Source: Raillietiella orientalis (lineage: Eukaryota). From it: 64,000 nt of DNA. A model generated the notes under the pieces. The model saw only the letters and a list, made by a program, of their open reading frames with translations, searched no databases and was not told the origin of the DNA. The DNA is taken from NCBI GenBank assembly GCA_036172245.1, contig JAYWIR010000006.1, positions 1,922,001 to 1,986,000 on the forward strand, given 5' to 3'. A program made the translations under genes and the position numbers. Within the stretch, counting starts at the first letter, position 1, and each line of letters opens with the position of its first letter. Positions 28,001 to 43,000 of this stretch are shown piece after piece.

Positions 28001-31000
28001 CTCCCTCCCACTCCCCCCCCCCGCGCGCGCGCTTCCTCATCGCGTGCGTAAGAGGCAAGCAAAGCCCTTAAAATCCCCCACTTGAACTCGAGTTAGCACC
28101 ATTTCAAACGCAGTCGTGTCTCCGCGATTCGGTTGCCTTGGCTGCCGCGTCAACAAACAGAGAGTGAATCACGGGCAGCAGCCTCTCTGGTGTGATGGCG
28201 CCCTCCGGAAATGACCGAGCCGGGGATTGATCCGCGGCTGCCTCTTCGCGCGCTCCAGCAGCGATCCGGTTGACCGGGGTTTCGCCCGGCAGGGCTTCGG
28301 CGAAGGGACGGGAAGAGGAGGGCCTCCCGCAACGAAGGCGCCATCTGCTCCGAGCCCTGTACGAAGAAGGCCCTCCGGAAGACCTTCTCGCGGAAAAAAA
28401 TGAAAATGGAATAAAAAGTTGGCTTCCGAAAGGAGCGAGGAAGGACGCCGAGAGGGCATCGCCGGTCGCCACGTGTACACTTCCTTGAGCTTCCGGGAGG
28501 AAGGAGTGGCTCGCAGTCCACGCATCGCGTGAACGGGACTTGGCAACTGCCTTCCTTGCCTTTCCCTGACTGCTGCCTTCGTTCTCGAGGAGTAGCCGCC
28601 CACGTAGGGCTTCTCGCAAGTGGTTGTCGGTACCCCCTTTCGAAGTTGCCATGGGGACTGTCGCGAGTCGTTGTTTCCTTGCAGAGGTTTCGCCTCGCCA
28701 TTTCATGAAGTTTTCGGAGCGATTCCACCGCTATCTGCTTTTATTATCATCTTACTAATGCGTTGCTATGGTTTCATCATGGCTACATTGCGTTGCGCCG
28801 GCACTACTGGGAGTTATTATTTCCGCTCCTGTCTTTCGCTTCCCTCCCCCCCATTGTATTATTAGCGTCGGTCGCTATCACGTGATGGAACATTTCGTTA
28901 TAACTGTGCGTCGTTATGGTTACTCGTCGTCGCTGTACGTTGCTGTCCCAAGTAGTTGTCATCAGCATCGCTATTGTACTCCTTCTGCTGCAAAATGCTC
29001 CTCCCTTTTCATGCATCATCGTGTTACCTCGGAAGCGTTTGCTGCTGAGGACAAGCAGGTAACGAAGTGGTTGCAGCTCTCTGTCGGCTCCCGCCTCCGG
29101 CACCACCTCGTCCAGGGACCGCCGCTCATCCCCGGACGGCTCGAGGCATACTCCGAGAAGGAGGATGAGCACAGGATCCGCTTACGGATCCGAGAGGCTC
29201 GCGTCTCGGGAACACACGTCGAGAGAGGTGGATGCCAAGACAAAGGCGTCTTTTCCACTTCCACTCCTTGCCACACATCTACGCCCATCTACCTCAGTGT
29301 GAGCTCACGTGAGCCTGCGGACATCTACCTACCTACAGATACTGGTTTTTCTCAGACACACGCATCGTTAACACAGATAGATTTGTATCTGTTCATCTAA
29401 AATAAACGGTACCTTTCTACCCATTCAAGCTCAAAAACCTTGAATGGATAGAAAGGCATAGACACGGATGGACTTGCGTGAATTCATCGATGTATGGACT
29501 TCTGTCTACGTATGGACTGCCAAGCAGAAAAGTTAAGACTATCGCTAAAGCCGTTCACCATCATGTTTTGATAGACGGGTGAGCCGGTATCTTCTTGGGT
29601 CACAGCCATCCATTCCCAAAGACAAACAGCCCATTCATGCAGAAGCGGACAAACTTGCAATCATCTTAAGATAGGCATTGCTTCCATCCCCAGGTGCAGT
29701 GGTACCTCGGTACTCGACGGTGTCGGAGCTCGTCAAACTCAGTACTCCTCGCATTTTGAAGAGGAAAAAAATGTTTCGACAATCGGAGGCGCATGCTCGG
29801 AACTCGACACCCACCCCACTCTCATGATGAAAGAAGTGAACGCATTCGTCTCGTGGCAGCTCGCGAACAGCGCCGAACTGTTCCATAGATTGCCTCCCGA
29901 ATCGTTCCTTTTGTGCATGTGTGCTTTGTGTGCATTCGAAGCGTTAGTTGTGGGTCCTGAAATGGTTAAAAACGATACCACGAAAGGGATTGTTTGGTAC
30001 TCGTCGGTTTCGGCACTCGTCAGGAGTTTCGGACCGAATTACCGACGAGTACCGAGGGAACTACTGTATTCTCTACTCTCAGGTCTAACTTTGCCCCAGG
30101 GTGTCACTCACTATGAATTCGTCTCGAGCAGCCCTAACGTTCGATTTGAGTCCAGGGCTGGACCACCAGCGAGCTGAGTGAAAGTGGCTGATGTAGTGTC
30201 TGAACCATGGCAACGCTCCATCCATACGTTCCTGCATCCGTTCATGCCTTTCCGGCCGGGGAAGGACGAACACACAAGCGTAACCCGACCGCTCGATCCT
30301 GCGTTGGTGCCACAGTAGGCAGAGGCGCTTGAGCGTTGGCTTGTCCTCAGTTTGGAGTTGACCTTGAAAATGGACAGCTCATGAAAACTGCCCTCTTTTT
30401 CGGAACCCGGAGGCTTGACACTTTTTGAGCCCGGAGCCTTCGCATACGGAGGCACCTGCTGGAGCGGGAATACCTTAGTCCGTAGATGGCCGTGTGCGTC
30501 ATGCTGGTGGACTTTTAGAATGCGCCAGCTTGGTCCAGAGATGGACAAATACTCATGCAGGCTGACGTGCGGACAAAGAACTGCACTCGTATCTGTAGAA
30601 GTGCCGTGAAGGCGGTTTCCTCCCATCGTCTTTCCTCTTCCGGGAGCCGCAGAGATTCGCAGGCATCCACAAGTCCACCTGCATTCTTGAAAGCGTCTCC
30701 TTCCTTCGATGCACTTTCAGGACTTGCCCACAGGCGTCATGAATGCATTCTGTATTGGAAGTGATACCATCGCAAGCAGAGAGCTTCCTTGCACGGCCTT
30801 CTGCAGCGCCTCAGAAAAGGCGCCATGCATCCACAAGAGCCTCAGAGAATGCTCTCGAAGAGCGCGTTCCGGAGAGGTGTACTGCCCTGGTGAGCCACCG
30901 AGCTAAAAGTCCCTAGGAGCCTTCGGCGGGAAGGCATCACGGCTCGTCTGGAGCAATCCAAGAGAGCGGGGCGTTGTGGACAGAGACCAAGAGCAAGTTT

Positions 31001-34000
31001 CAGAGAGCGCATCGCCTCAGGAAATGCGGATCTCGTGAAGAGATGGTTGTGGAATAAGGAATATGAAACCTCGTTTCCGTGTTGATGGACATGAGGAAAG
31101 GCAGGTCATTTGCAAATGGAATCCGACGCAGACCCTGCGCGAAGCCTCAGCCTAAGGCCACTCTCCCAGATTTGGAGGAGGGGAAAGTATCAATATGCAA
31201 AATGGCTGCCTCCAGCAGCCACTGCAGTGTTCTCGACTTGGGAGGACTCCAGTTTGCTTGCGAGCGGCTGGCACCCTAGGGATGGTGGATCGCGCGCGAC
31301 CGGCCGGCCTCGCGCCTTTTCGAAGATGAGGCGCACCGTACTGAAGTCTAGGAGGACCACGCGGCGGGACTCACAGCTTATTTTCATCCTCATGGAGTCA
31401 GTAGAGTTCGATCTCGCTATCGCCGGGTTTCTTCCGGTGCAGCTCAGGGTCTTCCCTTCGTCCGCGGCGGTCGTGTTCAGCACGATATAGCTTGTGACAT
31501 GAGGTTCCTTCGTCTGAGGAGGACAAACAGCAGCACTAGGTGAATCTACGGGCCCCGGGTTGGGTTTGGAAAGAAAGAGAAAAATCTCTGCAGCTTCTGA
31601 CAAGTGTGGAAAGGGGGGAGGGGAAGGGAAGGGGAGCAGACTGCGCATCTCAGGTGCGCGCCGCGCACTCTTACAGCGAATCTTTCCGTTTGCAAGACCT
31701 GCCCTTCAATGGTCCAGATGATCAGGGTCTGAGGTTTGGAGCCATTGACCACGCAGCTCAGATGGTTCTCGCTGTTTTCCGAGAGAGGCATGTCTTTGTT
31801 CAGTATTTGGGCAGCGAAGGGCTTCACTGGAAATAAATGCCCGGAAGCAATGAAAAAAGGATTTCGATGGCTCGATACGTTATCTCATCTTCTCAGAGGG
31901 TGGCTCGATGCGAAGACGGAGTTTCGCTTCCGAAACACCGCCTTGACTTTTTTCGAGTCCATTCCAACCCTCTTTCTCTGAGAGAAGGTTGGATGAGTGG
32001 TCATATGGTGGACTTAGGTCAGGGGAAATGTGAGACGCTTCCGCAACCAGTTCGCATATTTCCCATGCAGCTTCGGGAAGCCCGAGGCGTTTCAGCAAGA
32101 AATGCCGGAAAAGCTTCCACTCTCGCGCATGGAAGGCTTCATTGCCCTAAGGGCTCGTGTCCCCATGTCCCTCCCTTTCATTCTCGTCTGATTCCGAGTC
32201 AGTGTCCCCCGCGCCGACGGGTTCGCACGAAACTCTGAAAGTACCCACAGCTGAGGGCGATGGTGACGGACGACTCCGAAGTGACCTCGTCGCTGTAGAC
32301 CGCCCTGCAGATGAATTTCCTCCCGTCGTTCTCCCTGGAGAGAGAGTCCAAAGTCAGCTCCAGCCTCATCGCGCTCGCATCCGTCTTGCCCCCTTCCGAA
32401 AGAACGTTATCGTTTTCCAGCCACATCAGCTTTGCCGGGAATATTCCTGGAACACGAAACAGCGCTATTGCAAATACTATGAGAGGGAGCGGGGCGACCC
32501 GCTATATGCTCGCTCTTGCTCGGCGACGCGCCAAACAGCTGCTGCTACTGCTGCTGCACTCTGCAGCGCGCGCTTTCAGTTGACGGTCCGCGCGACAGCC
32601 GAGCGACATTCATCCACGCATTTCTCCAACCGGCGGACGAGTCTGCCAAAAGTCATCCGCTCACGGGGACAGCGCATTTGGGCAGCTGCGCTTCCAGAAT
32701 TGGAACACCACGTGTACAGAGAAAAATGGGAGGTCGGTTGGCGGTGGAAACACCCAAGGGACGGAGATTAAGGTCGCGGATCTTTGGAAAATCCTCGTTT
32801 CGCGAAGGAGGACTAGGAAGAGTTCGACAGTTTCAAGTATGTTCTTGAATCGTCCTTAGTAACGAGAGGATCATGAGCCAATACGGGAGCAAATGTCGAA
32901 GAAAGTAGGTGGTCAAGTGGCACTCGTTTTTACCAGCGACAACTTGTACCTGGAGGAACCTTGAGAGCTTGCAACTATCCTGGTGTCTCTCTCTCTCTTT
33001 TTGTTCTTCTTTGCGACGGATAATGCTCCATCTCCTCAAGGATTTCCACGGAAGCTGGCAGTGCCAAGGATGTTGGTCAGCTGCTGATTACCGAGCACCT
33101 GAGCCTTGCTGCGTTTCCCAATGCAGCCACCGATTGGGAGGCTGCTTCCGAACACGGAATTGCCACTGGTGAATCGACTTCCAGTCGTGTCCATTGGGTC
33201 CCCACTTGGATTCTCAGCAATGACACGTGGAAATTCTTGACTGAGTGATGATCACAAGGATTTTAACGCTCGGAGCTTGGGCATTTTCATTACATGAGGA
33301 TCGTTGCCTTGGAAGGCCAGTGCTAAGAACATGCTCTTCAATTCTTTCCCAATCACTACAACAGCCAGTGCTACGAACATGAAAAGCAGCATCCAGCGAA
33401 ATGAATGGCTCATTTCAATGCTCAGATTTAATCCCTTTTCATTCTTCATCGATGGAATCAACCAGGAAGCGTAGTTCACGGAAACCAGGAAGCGGTAGTC
33501 CGGGATTTTTCACACAGTGCAACTCTTCTCGTCAAGAGTGCATCTCACAGTGCAGCACGCTCTGCCAGTTGGCGAGTGACGGCGAGCGAAGTGAATCTCA
33601 CGCTCCGCCGTCTGCATTCACCACTCGCCGGAAAGGTGAGCAGAGCCCCCGGCAGCTTCTGAGGATCTGCCTGTGAAGCGACCGTTGTGATGGCTGCATC
33701 GTACGTTCCGAAACGAGCACAGATTTCACGTTTCTGACTGTTGCAGCCAGCCGCCAGCAGGGAGCTCCATCTTACCCACAACGGTGAGCGTCCCGTGGTT
33801 GCTTCAGGACATCCCCTTAGCGAAGGTTTGGCACGACTTCCCAAGATGAACATCGCTCGAAGGGTTTCTTCTGAAAAACTCTTGCCAAGCCCAACAGACG
33901 AACAATCCGTTTATAGGTCTGACTGTTCTTGCTTCAGCATCCATCCGATCAGACGGTCTCCCGCCAACACTGAAAGCAACGATTTGCGCGTTTCTCCAAG

Positions 34001-37000
34001 CCCTCCCATCTCTCATCCGTCGAGTATGCGTTTTCGTGGCTGTAACCAGCACCATCTCCTAGGGTTTGGCATTTGACTTGGTGACCTTCAGGAGCATAAG
34101 ACCGTGTCGGTCGTGAAAAATCATAGAACCAACGTAAGCTGGAGTCCAAGAGCTTTCCACATTCGCTTCGGATCTTGCTAGCTGTGAGAGGAATAAGAAT
34201 TTTCGAGCTTGCGTGGCTGAAGGAGATCTCAGAGGAAGAAAGTGATGCATTTCGAACTCCTAAGAAGTAGAAAGGAAAGGGACTACCGCTACTCATCTTG
34301 AAGAGGCTCGTAGCATCGCAGTGAAGGTGGTTTTGCCATCATCCCGCAAATTGTGAATGAATGGAGGAGGAGAGGGGGAGAAATCAGTCAGATGAAATCC
34401 CTGCGCAAATTTGCATCCACGTCTGCCGACGAGGACAGCAATGGCTGACCCTCCATGAGCTTACGCCATCACCTTTAGAGACAGCGAGACTCTCGAGCGG
34501 CAGCAAACAGGAGGGGGGAAGAGAAGACTCCTTGGCAACGCAAAAATCGAAACCTGAACCGGAAATGGCTTTCCGGTGCTAAGAGACCCCAACCAGGAGA
34601 GAAGGCGGGGGAGGGGAGCACACCAGATGCACAGAAGGAAGACGAGGGCGAACCTGACAAAATGCATCGAAGGTACATTGCGACTTCGCTCCACTCCAGT
34701 AGCTTCGTCCCGCATCCTTCTCCAGTTGAAGCAGGGCTGCTGCATGCTTTCTGATGTTTCACTTGACGCGAAACGGGAACTTCTCCTCCCTCCCTGATCA
34801 CACGCGAGCCACACGCCCAAATGAATTTGATTAATTAGCTACAAGCAGAGTAATCACGTCCGCGATGCGAGTCCTCACGCGACGGTGGTTACCAATAGCT
34901 GGAGTGCAAGGGAATTCTTTTCCCTAGGAAGATTCCCTCCCGGAGGCCTCTCCATTGAGCGAGGACGTCCCTGGGTAGAAACCCGCCGCTCAGGCGAAGC
35001 GAGCACGGTGCACGAATCCGCATCCTGAAATGCATCTGCAGCAGGGTCACGTGCCAAGTGGGCAAGCCGTGTCTTGTTTTCTTCTTTTTCTTGTTCCTTT
35101 GTTTCTGTTTTGTTTTTGTCCTCTCCTTTTTGTTGGAAGGCCGGCAAGGGAGTAGCAACCTTCAGGTACGGGTAAGGAGGCGGCTCCCTCCAGTATGCGA
35201 GCAGCGAGCGCACAGATTGGAGCGTTTTATTTTTTTCTCCTGGACTCGGGGAAGCTCATCAGAAAGAGTATCTGCGAATGCAGCGGAACTGGACACCGGA
35301 GCGTGGAAACTGTCTGACGTCACGTCTGTGGAATCCGAAAGGGATGTATTGCTCAATTGCCGAAATCTCTCCAAGGTACCACTCCCAGCATCTTCGGGCT
35401 CGAGAGTTTCTCCCTCGAGGCTTTTGAGAGCTCCGGAAGTTCATTCGGAGAGGCTTCCTCCTCCTCCTCTTCCTCCTTGCAGTCTTTGTAGCATCCGTGT
35501 CTGGATGGTCTCTGATTTTCCGGATAGAAGTCTTGCGGCGCCGCCCTCTATCGGGGCCGAGGGCCGAGTGCCCATGCCCCCGGGCGAGGAGAGGCAAAGA
35601 AACACGATAGGAGCGCGCCAGGTCAGGGGCATCCGTGTCCCTGAAGTGGCGCGCAGCCCTCTGTCTCCTGTGCAGAGGAAAACCGGAAACGGAAGAAAAG
35701 GTTCCAGGAGGAACCGCGCCCTCTCCTGGCACCCAAAAATCCTCTTTGCCGCCCAGTCCGGAAATCCATGACAACGCCCTCAGGCGAAACAGGAGGCCTG
35801 AAAACGGCCCTCGCCCATGAAACGGCAGCTCAATGGTGCCGTCGATCCCCCCCATGATTTAAGGAACGTACCCTTCTCTCTGCGCAAATACCGAGTAAAA
35901 GCTTTGGGGCCACACTTCTCTTCACTCGCTCGTCCCCAACGCCTTCCAGCGTGCTGACCTCGGTTACCGAAATATCCCGGTGATTTCGCTAGCAAAGTCT
36001 CCTGCTGCATGTATCTTGCTTCTCGTCCTCTCTCTAAAGCTCCCGGAAGAAGGGATGCAGCAGTCATGAAATCAGGCTCGTCGTTTTTCATCCTGTAATT
36101 GTTCGGCTGAAACGGCGGAGTGATTGTAGCAACAGATGCTTTGCTCGAGGGCAGAGGGTGGTTGTCCACAACCGATGAGGACGATTTTTTCATCCCCTTT
36201 AATTCCAGCGTCCTTTTCCTTTCACGGATTGCAGATTCCATCGAGTGGTCAGCAACCGGAATAAAAATAACGTTTTCAACTCTGTTTGAATCTGTTTCTA
36301 TTTTTATCTGAATATTCTTCCATTTTGATTCCACTCTACCTCTATTTAATTTGAAACTATTCTATTCTGTTCGTATCCATCTCCATTGTATTCCAATCTA
36401 TCTCTATTGTGTCCCAACTTATTCTGTTCTGTTCCAATCTATTTCTGTTATGTTCCACTCTACTCTTTTGTGCTGCACTCTATCCTACTTTTCTGCTCTA
36501 TTCTTTTATGTTCCAGTTTATGCAATTTTGTTTCACACGTTTCTATTATGATTCCAGTCTACCTCCGTTATGGTTTGAATCTATCTCTATTTTCATTGGA
36601 ATCTTTCGCGATTCATTTGGATTGGATTCTGTTTCTATTTCCATTCTTCCTTCCATCTGGTTTTTAGCTCGAGATAAGCGAAGAGTATCCTTCCTTCGTC
36701 TTTCCCTCACGAAAACTCTCTCTGCGCATGGACCATCATCTGCCCATCAGTTGCCCAAGCTAACGCGCGAACTTGAAAGGAGCTCGTTTCTTCCGCCATG
36801 TGAGCGTCCACTGATCAGCTGGAGTTGGTTCCCTGAACACCCGTGTTTGTGTTTGTCGGGCATGTTGGGCGCGAGGGAGCACGCGCAGTCGCTGGAGAAA
36901 CGCCCTCGCATCAAAGTTGTCCATCGTCGCTGCTCCTTCTCGCACTACCAGCTGCTCTCTGAACTAACAGCTCTGAAACCCTATTTCGCTCCCGGCACGC

Positions 37001-40000
37001 TCTGAGGGCAAACGGAGACTTTCGACGCTTCGGGGTAGGAGTTTCGAACGGACCCTCTTCCTCCTAAAATGGAGCCTCGACACTGTGCAGCCTCCATCCT
37101 GGAGCTGGGCAGTCCTTCTGTCTCAGAGGGCTGCATGATCGTTCGCATTTCCTAAAGGCCCACCACTCCTCGGCTGCAGGCTACGCAGAGACCTTCAATA
37201 GGGGAGAGGCACTTTTGGTGGGGGAAGTTTTCGCCGCAAGTGGGCCGTTGCCGGCATGCAACTGTGCTTTCCCTTTCCTCCTCTCTTCCTTTGCGATCAA
37301 ACCCAGGCGAGGGGGAAGACGGGAGAGCGATGCTTCTCTCGGAGCTCCTGGTCCAGAATAGTCAGGCGGGTTCTTTCCGTTCCGTTGAGGATGGAAAAAC
37401 TCTTGGAGCAGCTCCGAATGGCATCCTCTCGCCTTCGGTAAAGGGATAAGAATGCGGGTGCGTCTGCATCTGTGAGCGGACCAACGGCGAAAATCGAATT
37501 ATCCCCAAGAAGCACCGCTCCACATCGCATCCACTCTGGTTCACGCAAACGTCTTCCGAAGGTTCTCGGTTGCGGGTGATCGAGCAAACTGCTCGAACCT
37601 CCCGGCCAACTCCCTACGAGATGGAGATGGAAAGCTGGAGACGTGACCCTGGATCCCTTGAGGATTCCTTGGCCTTCGAAAGTTTTCCGATCTTTCTAGA
37701 TCTCCGTTCTGTTGCTCCCCGTGTGTTCAGATCGAAAAGCTTCCGGGAAGAAACAAACAGTCGGTTGGAGGAAGCCCACAAAAAGGGTTCGCGAGGGACA
37801 CTTGTTGTGGAGATATGGAAACATAGAGATGGCCCTTGGCACCATGGGCATATCGCCAGAAAAAGTCGATTGCCAGAGTCCCCATCCCCGCGTCTCGGCT
37901 CGTACAGTCTCAGAAGGGGTGTGGTTTCGAAAAAAGAGTCGCGAATTTCAGATTCCCGCGACCCTCCAAAGCGAATCTGCAGTCTGTCCTTCGCTCCATT
38001 TGCCCTGGAAATGACGGGTCGTTTGCTCGTTTCCCACCAAAGGCGAAAACGAGCAATCCCCCCTTCCTCCCTTAAAAAGAAAAAGAAGAAAAAGAGAGCC
38101 TCTGAGGCGGAAAGTGAATGTGATCCTAATGTACCATCGAAGGTACTCTGGATGGCATGACGGAAATTAGCAGGTGAACCCATTCTCAAGGCACGTCGCA
38201 TCAACTACAAGAGGAGGGCGGGCCGGATGACAGATTCTTGGGGATGAGGCTCGCGTCTCTCTGAATGACAACAGCTGCAACCTCGGATCGCACACAAAGC
38301 GAGTAATCGCGTCGGTTCTTCCGCCGTTGGGCTTCTTTCAAGACCGGGACAGCGCCACACTGGCTGCGCTCACCTCTTCGAAAGAGGGTGATCGCTCGCT
38401 CGCACCATCGACATGCTCTCGCGACAGAATGGAAAAAAAAAACTCTGAATCTTGAAACCAGGAAGGTGGGAACATCCCGAGAGTAAAAGGGTGAAAGCAT
38501 CTCAGAGACGAGACCCATCGCCCTTGGCAAGAAGAAAAAGAGGCAAAAAGTGCAAATGGGGTGAATACCTTGTGTGCTTACGCATGCCAGTGTTTCACTG
38601 CTGCCCTCTTCAAGATATGTGATGGAGTCGCCTCTGGCATTCAGGTCTCTTGTCATTATGAAAGGGGCGTTCAAAGAATCTGAAAGAATGACAGAAGGTG
38701 AAGACTGTAAGACATAAACACACGCGCGCACGCGCGACTTAGAGGAATTCTCAGAAAATCCGAGCGAGAAACACAGAAGTCTTCCGTCTTCGAGGAGGCA
38801 GTCAAGGTCTTCAGGAGGAACTGTCTCTCTCACTCGCGCCAAGTCCACAGAGGAGGATGCGAAGCAACAATTTTGGAGCAGCTGCGTAAGCGTCCCTGAA
38901 GGAAGCCCCATTACCCGATGAGCTATGCCCGCTACAGAGAAGATGAAAGCCAGAAGGGCACACTGGGAGCGCGCACGCAGGCCCTCTCCCGGCCCTTCGG
39001 TGAGATCCGAAGGGGCCGATCTCGACGGAGGCATTGATGGATTGGGCACGAAGAATCCGCCCGCCGCCGACAGCACTTTCGGCCCGAGTGCTTTTCTCTC
39101 TGGAATGGAGAGCACCACTTCCTCTGTTCTTCAGCTTTTGGTTGCGCAAAGCACCATGAAATGCCGCTAGGAAAGGGGCGCCTTTGTCCTTTCCGGTTCA
39201 CCTCTTTGCTCTCCTTCACCGACTGCTCCTTGAGATTATCCTCCTTCCTCTTCAGCTGCAGGCTTTCTCGAAGCGTTGGAAGATCCCACCACAGAGATTG
39301 GTGTGGATTTCTGGAACCTTCCGTACCCCCAAGACTTCCAGTCTACGCGTTCCTCTGGGATTCATCGAGTCGGTTTAGGCACGGAGATCTCCGAGAGTCT
39401 AGATTCTCCCTTCATTTCCATCGTAACCTTCCCGTACGCCGCCCGTGGGAGCCAAAGAGTCCCCGCGTCTCACGCCTTCCCCGCATCCCTTCAGTCGCGT
39501 CAACACGCGTCGAAGTCGGTACGAGCGGAGGCCGAGCTCGTCAGCAGAAGGTCCACCGCTGACACTCTTGAGCCAACTTCCTTTCGCCTCGACACACAAC
39601 GGAAAGCATCCTGGAAGGCTCGGATGCTGCCTTGGCGAACGCGAGTCCAGCCGTCGAAAACTGGGGCCAGTTCCTCTTCCGGTCCCTAATTTTCTCCTCG
39701 CGTGTGTTATGGCTGCCGCGTGGTCTCGCGGATTTCTCCGAACTGGAAAAAAGGAAGAAAAAGGGATCGCCTTGGGGAAGGAGGATGAGAAAGGGGGGTA
39801 CGCGATCGATTCGTCTGTTTGTTTTGGGTAGGATCAGCATCTTCGCCTTGCCGACGACCACCCGACGTCAGTCTGCACGTTTGCGTATCGCGCGCCTCCA
39901 ATGCCAGGTAGCTGTTGCTTTCTTGGCTCCTTCCTGAATCCTGACGCAGAGTCGTCCTTCTCTTGGGAGTTGCAGCTGAGCTCAGAGCGCGGTAAAGCTC

Positions 40001-43000
40001 ATCTTCAATGTCAGCCGTGCCTGCGATACCCCGCGTAGCTGTCTCGTGAAAGTGCCAAGGCTGCCTGCTTTCTTCTGTCACTCTGGCGCGATTCGAGCGC
40101 TCCTGCCGAATCTTTTTCGAGTCTCTCCATCGATCTCCGGAAGGGACGGTGGAAGCCCGGAGATGAAGTTCTGGGTAAGCAGCAAAGTTTCCGGCATCCC
40201 CGCCTCCGAAATCTTTTCCCTGAATCTCTAAGCTATCCTGCTCTGACTATTCTCCTTCCCCAGAAGAATTCCTCATCCACCCTCACCGATTGATTCCCGA
40301 AATCCTTCGATTCCCGTTGTTGCTGCCGTTGGACTCGGAGCGAGGTCATGTCGGTCATGTCGGTCATGTCATGTCCCGCATCACCATCGCCTCACGAAAG
40401 CCATCACCCGCCGTCGCCGACTCCAAGGAAACTTCCTGCCTTGGAATCGACAGCAAAGCATGCAAGGTCTGGATCGCGCGATGTGACAAAGGAGACCGAC
40501 GTGGGAACCTCGTAGGAGGCAGGGAAGGAAGGGGAGAGGGGAGGAGGAAGAAGCGCTGAAATCCGCACTGAGCTCCCGAGGAGACGCTCCGAGTCTTGGC
40601 TCACCGCCGAAGATTTCTCAGCCGGGAAGGAGGCCGCCGTTGAAATTTGCACATTCTTCAGGCGGCGCGCCGCGCGCGTGCCTTCCGTGCGTGCACCCCC
40701 GATGTTGACCAGGGAGAGCCGGAAGCGACAGCGGAAGGCCCTCCTCGTTTGCATGGGGTACACGAGGGACTCGAAGAGGTTGGAGACTTCTGCGGCGCAA
40801 GAAAATGGAGCTCGTAAGTCCTGTGTTTTCCGTAGCCACATCCGCTCTTCCCCCCCAGAAACAGAGCGCCCTCCCGCTCGCACTCTAGGAAGACGGATGA
40901 GGATGGAGATTAGTCGTCACGTTTGCAAAAAGACTGAGAGGATTTCTGTACAGACGAGAGAGCTGCGCAGCGTCTATCGCGATCGAGGGGTTGTTTCTTT
41001 TGAAATCTGTCTCTTCGCTTCTTCCGAGCAGGCATCTCTGGCATCCCTGGTTCTTGAACTCGAGATTTGCCGTCTTTGTGATCTTGTGTGATCGTGTTTC
41101 CAGCAAGAGGTTGGCGTGGGTAAGATTGGGTGGCAGAATGGAGGCAGATCGACGACGATGCTTAGAACAGCTGGCTGCTGTTTGATTTCCTCGTCTCCTG
41201 CCACCGCGGCTACCCGACAAGGCAGTTCAAGAGCAAAGTGGCTGCTGCTGTCGGCTGACCATGCGACAAGAGACACCATCTCGTGTTGTGCTAATGAGGG
41301 GCGCTTACTTTGACTTTCGTGGCCAGCATGTGCGGGCGTACCTTAGCTTGGTGATCGTTCTGACGCGAATGGGAGGAAAGCATTCGCCTCAGGGCGGGAG
41401 TTTCGCCAAAAAAAAACAGCGGATTTTATCAGCGTTAGGGAAAGGGTGAGTCTCGGTCATCTTCACTGCCTTGCTGACTTCTCCAATGTGTCCTTCGCGG
41501 GAGGTTGAGATCTCACGAGGGTTTCGTCACCACGGTCAGTGATCAAATCCGTGCTTCCAGTAGATCTGTGGCTGCAGTAGCGTATGCTGCAGCACACTAT
41601 TTCCTTCCAGATGCTCCAAAGGGACTTTGCGTTTTCTTAAGACTCCGTCGTTTGCCTCTGCAAAGCCTTCGACCATCTCTCTGACGCGTTATCGACGTAG
41701 TGAAGAGCCTACCCTCTGCACTTGACCTCACTCTCCTCTCTAATGCTCCTGGAGAAGATCGTAGGAGTAGGCTGCGGGCACTGTTACCACTTTCCCATCA
41801 CCATGGATTACAAATCCGATCTTTTCCGGGAGGCGTCTCCAGGTCTCACTTTTCTCTTGCATTCATCTTGATCCGAGTTACCAGTTCGTCGTGTTCTCTC
41901 GTTGATCGCTGGGCAGTGGTTGTGGATGTGGCTAGTAGATGCCTCCCATTCCAAACATCGTTAAAATGTACCATGAAAACATGGAAGCCGGGCTAGCGCC
42001 ACTCAGAAGGTTACTGCCTGTTCCGTGCTACATGTTTGGTGAGATCACTCTCGAATTCGAGCTCCGGAATGTCCAGTTACACCAACTTCCGTGTCGCTGA
42101 ACCTCCCAGCAGACTCCTGTTGGATCAATCCCTCAATATGGTCATAACAGACTAACGAAAAGAGCTACAACAGGTGGTGGGAAGATGCAACAGGTGATGA
42201 GAAAAAAATAATCTCCAGCAGAAAATAGCTCCAAACTAGACTTCAGGGTATTTTTCTGATCATCGAAGGGTGAGAAGGAAACCCAAAAGTCGCACAGGCA
42301 ACTATGAGGTTTTTTGTATCTGTCTCTGGATAAGTTGGCAACATCAGAAACATTCTCACAGCTGCCAAGTGCACACTAGTTGGTGCATACATTTCAGAGT
42401 CTCTTGTCATCTCTGACTGCATTAAAGCGGCAGGGAGATGTCTTCTGCTTGGCATGGGCTGCGCGATGCAGGAACTAGGGCTTTCTGCGAAATAGCATTG
42501 CATTGCTGTCAGCGATTCTACTCTTTTGAGACGGAGAAGCTGCCATTGACCACTCTTTCACCTTGAAATCACGCAGAGCAGAAATCAGATAAGGGATTGC
42601 CCAACTTCTGTATATTTTCGCGAATGGCTGGCCTTTCACAAAAATTCGCAGAAATCCACACCAAATTTCACTGATGGCTTCGAGAACGACAGGGTCGCAA
42701 CCCCAACGAGAAACTTGGATCATGTAGGTTTGAGGGTTCCCGATAGATGAGCACCTCATCAGCGATCTTTTTCGCGCTTCGTCTTTCGACAGTCGCTGTC
42801 GAGACCGGCATGCGACCGAAGCTTCCAGTGATCTTCCTGTACACACAGCGGGGAAATCAGCACCGGGCAGGCCAGATAAATGGGTGCTACAGACCCCCAC
42901 TGAAAGCAGTAGTAAATCAAAGCACCTTTCTTGCTTGGAGCTCGGAATTCCAGAAGGAAAGGACAAAAAGTCTGCTCTTTCCCACTCGATCAAAGACTGA

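Noticed and set aside
36351..37005. Hydrophobic ORFs resembling membrane proteins
   Set aside because: They are translations of the TTCTA-type microsatellite.
38201..39118. 305-aa ORF, the longest in the track
   Set aside because: Only 38569-38679 is a real exon; the rest is intronic or TE-derived read-through with no coherent domain.
17591..40375. Short tandem duplications (about 17591-17622, 23902-23941, 40343-40375) as CRISPR-like or functional arrays
   Set aside because: Only 2-3 units, no spacer structure and a eukaryotic context; ordinary slippage.
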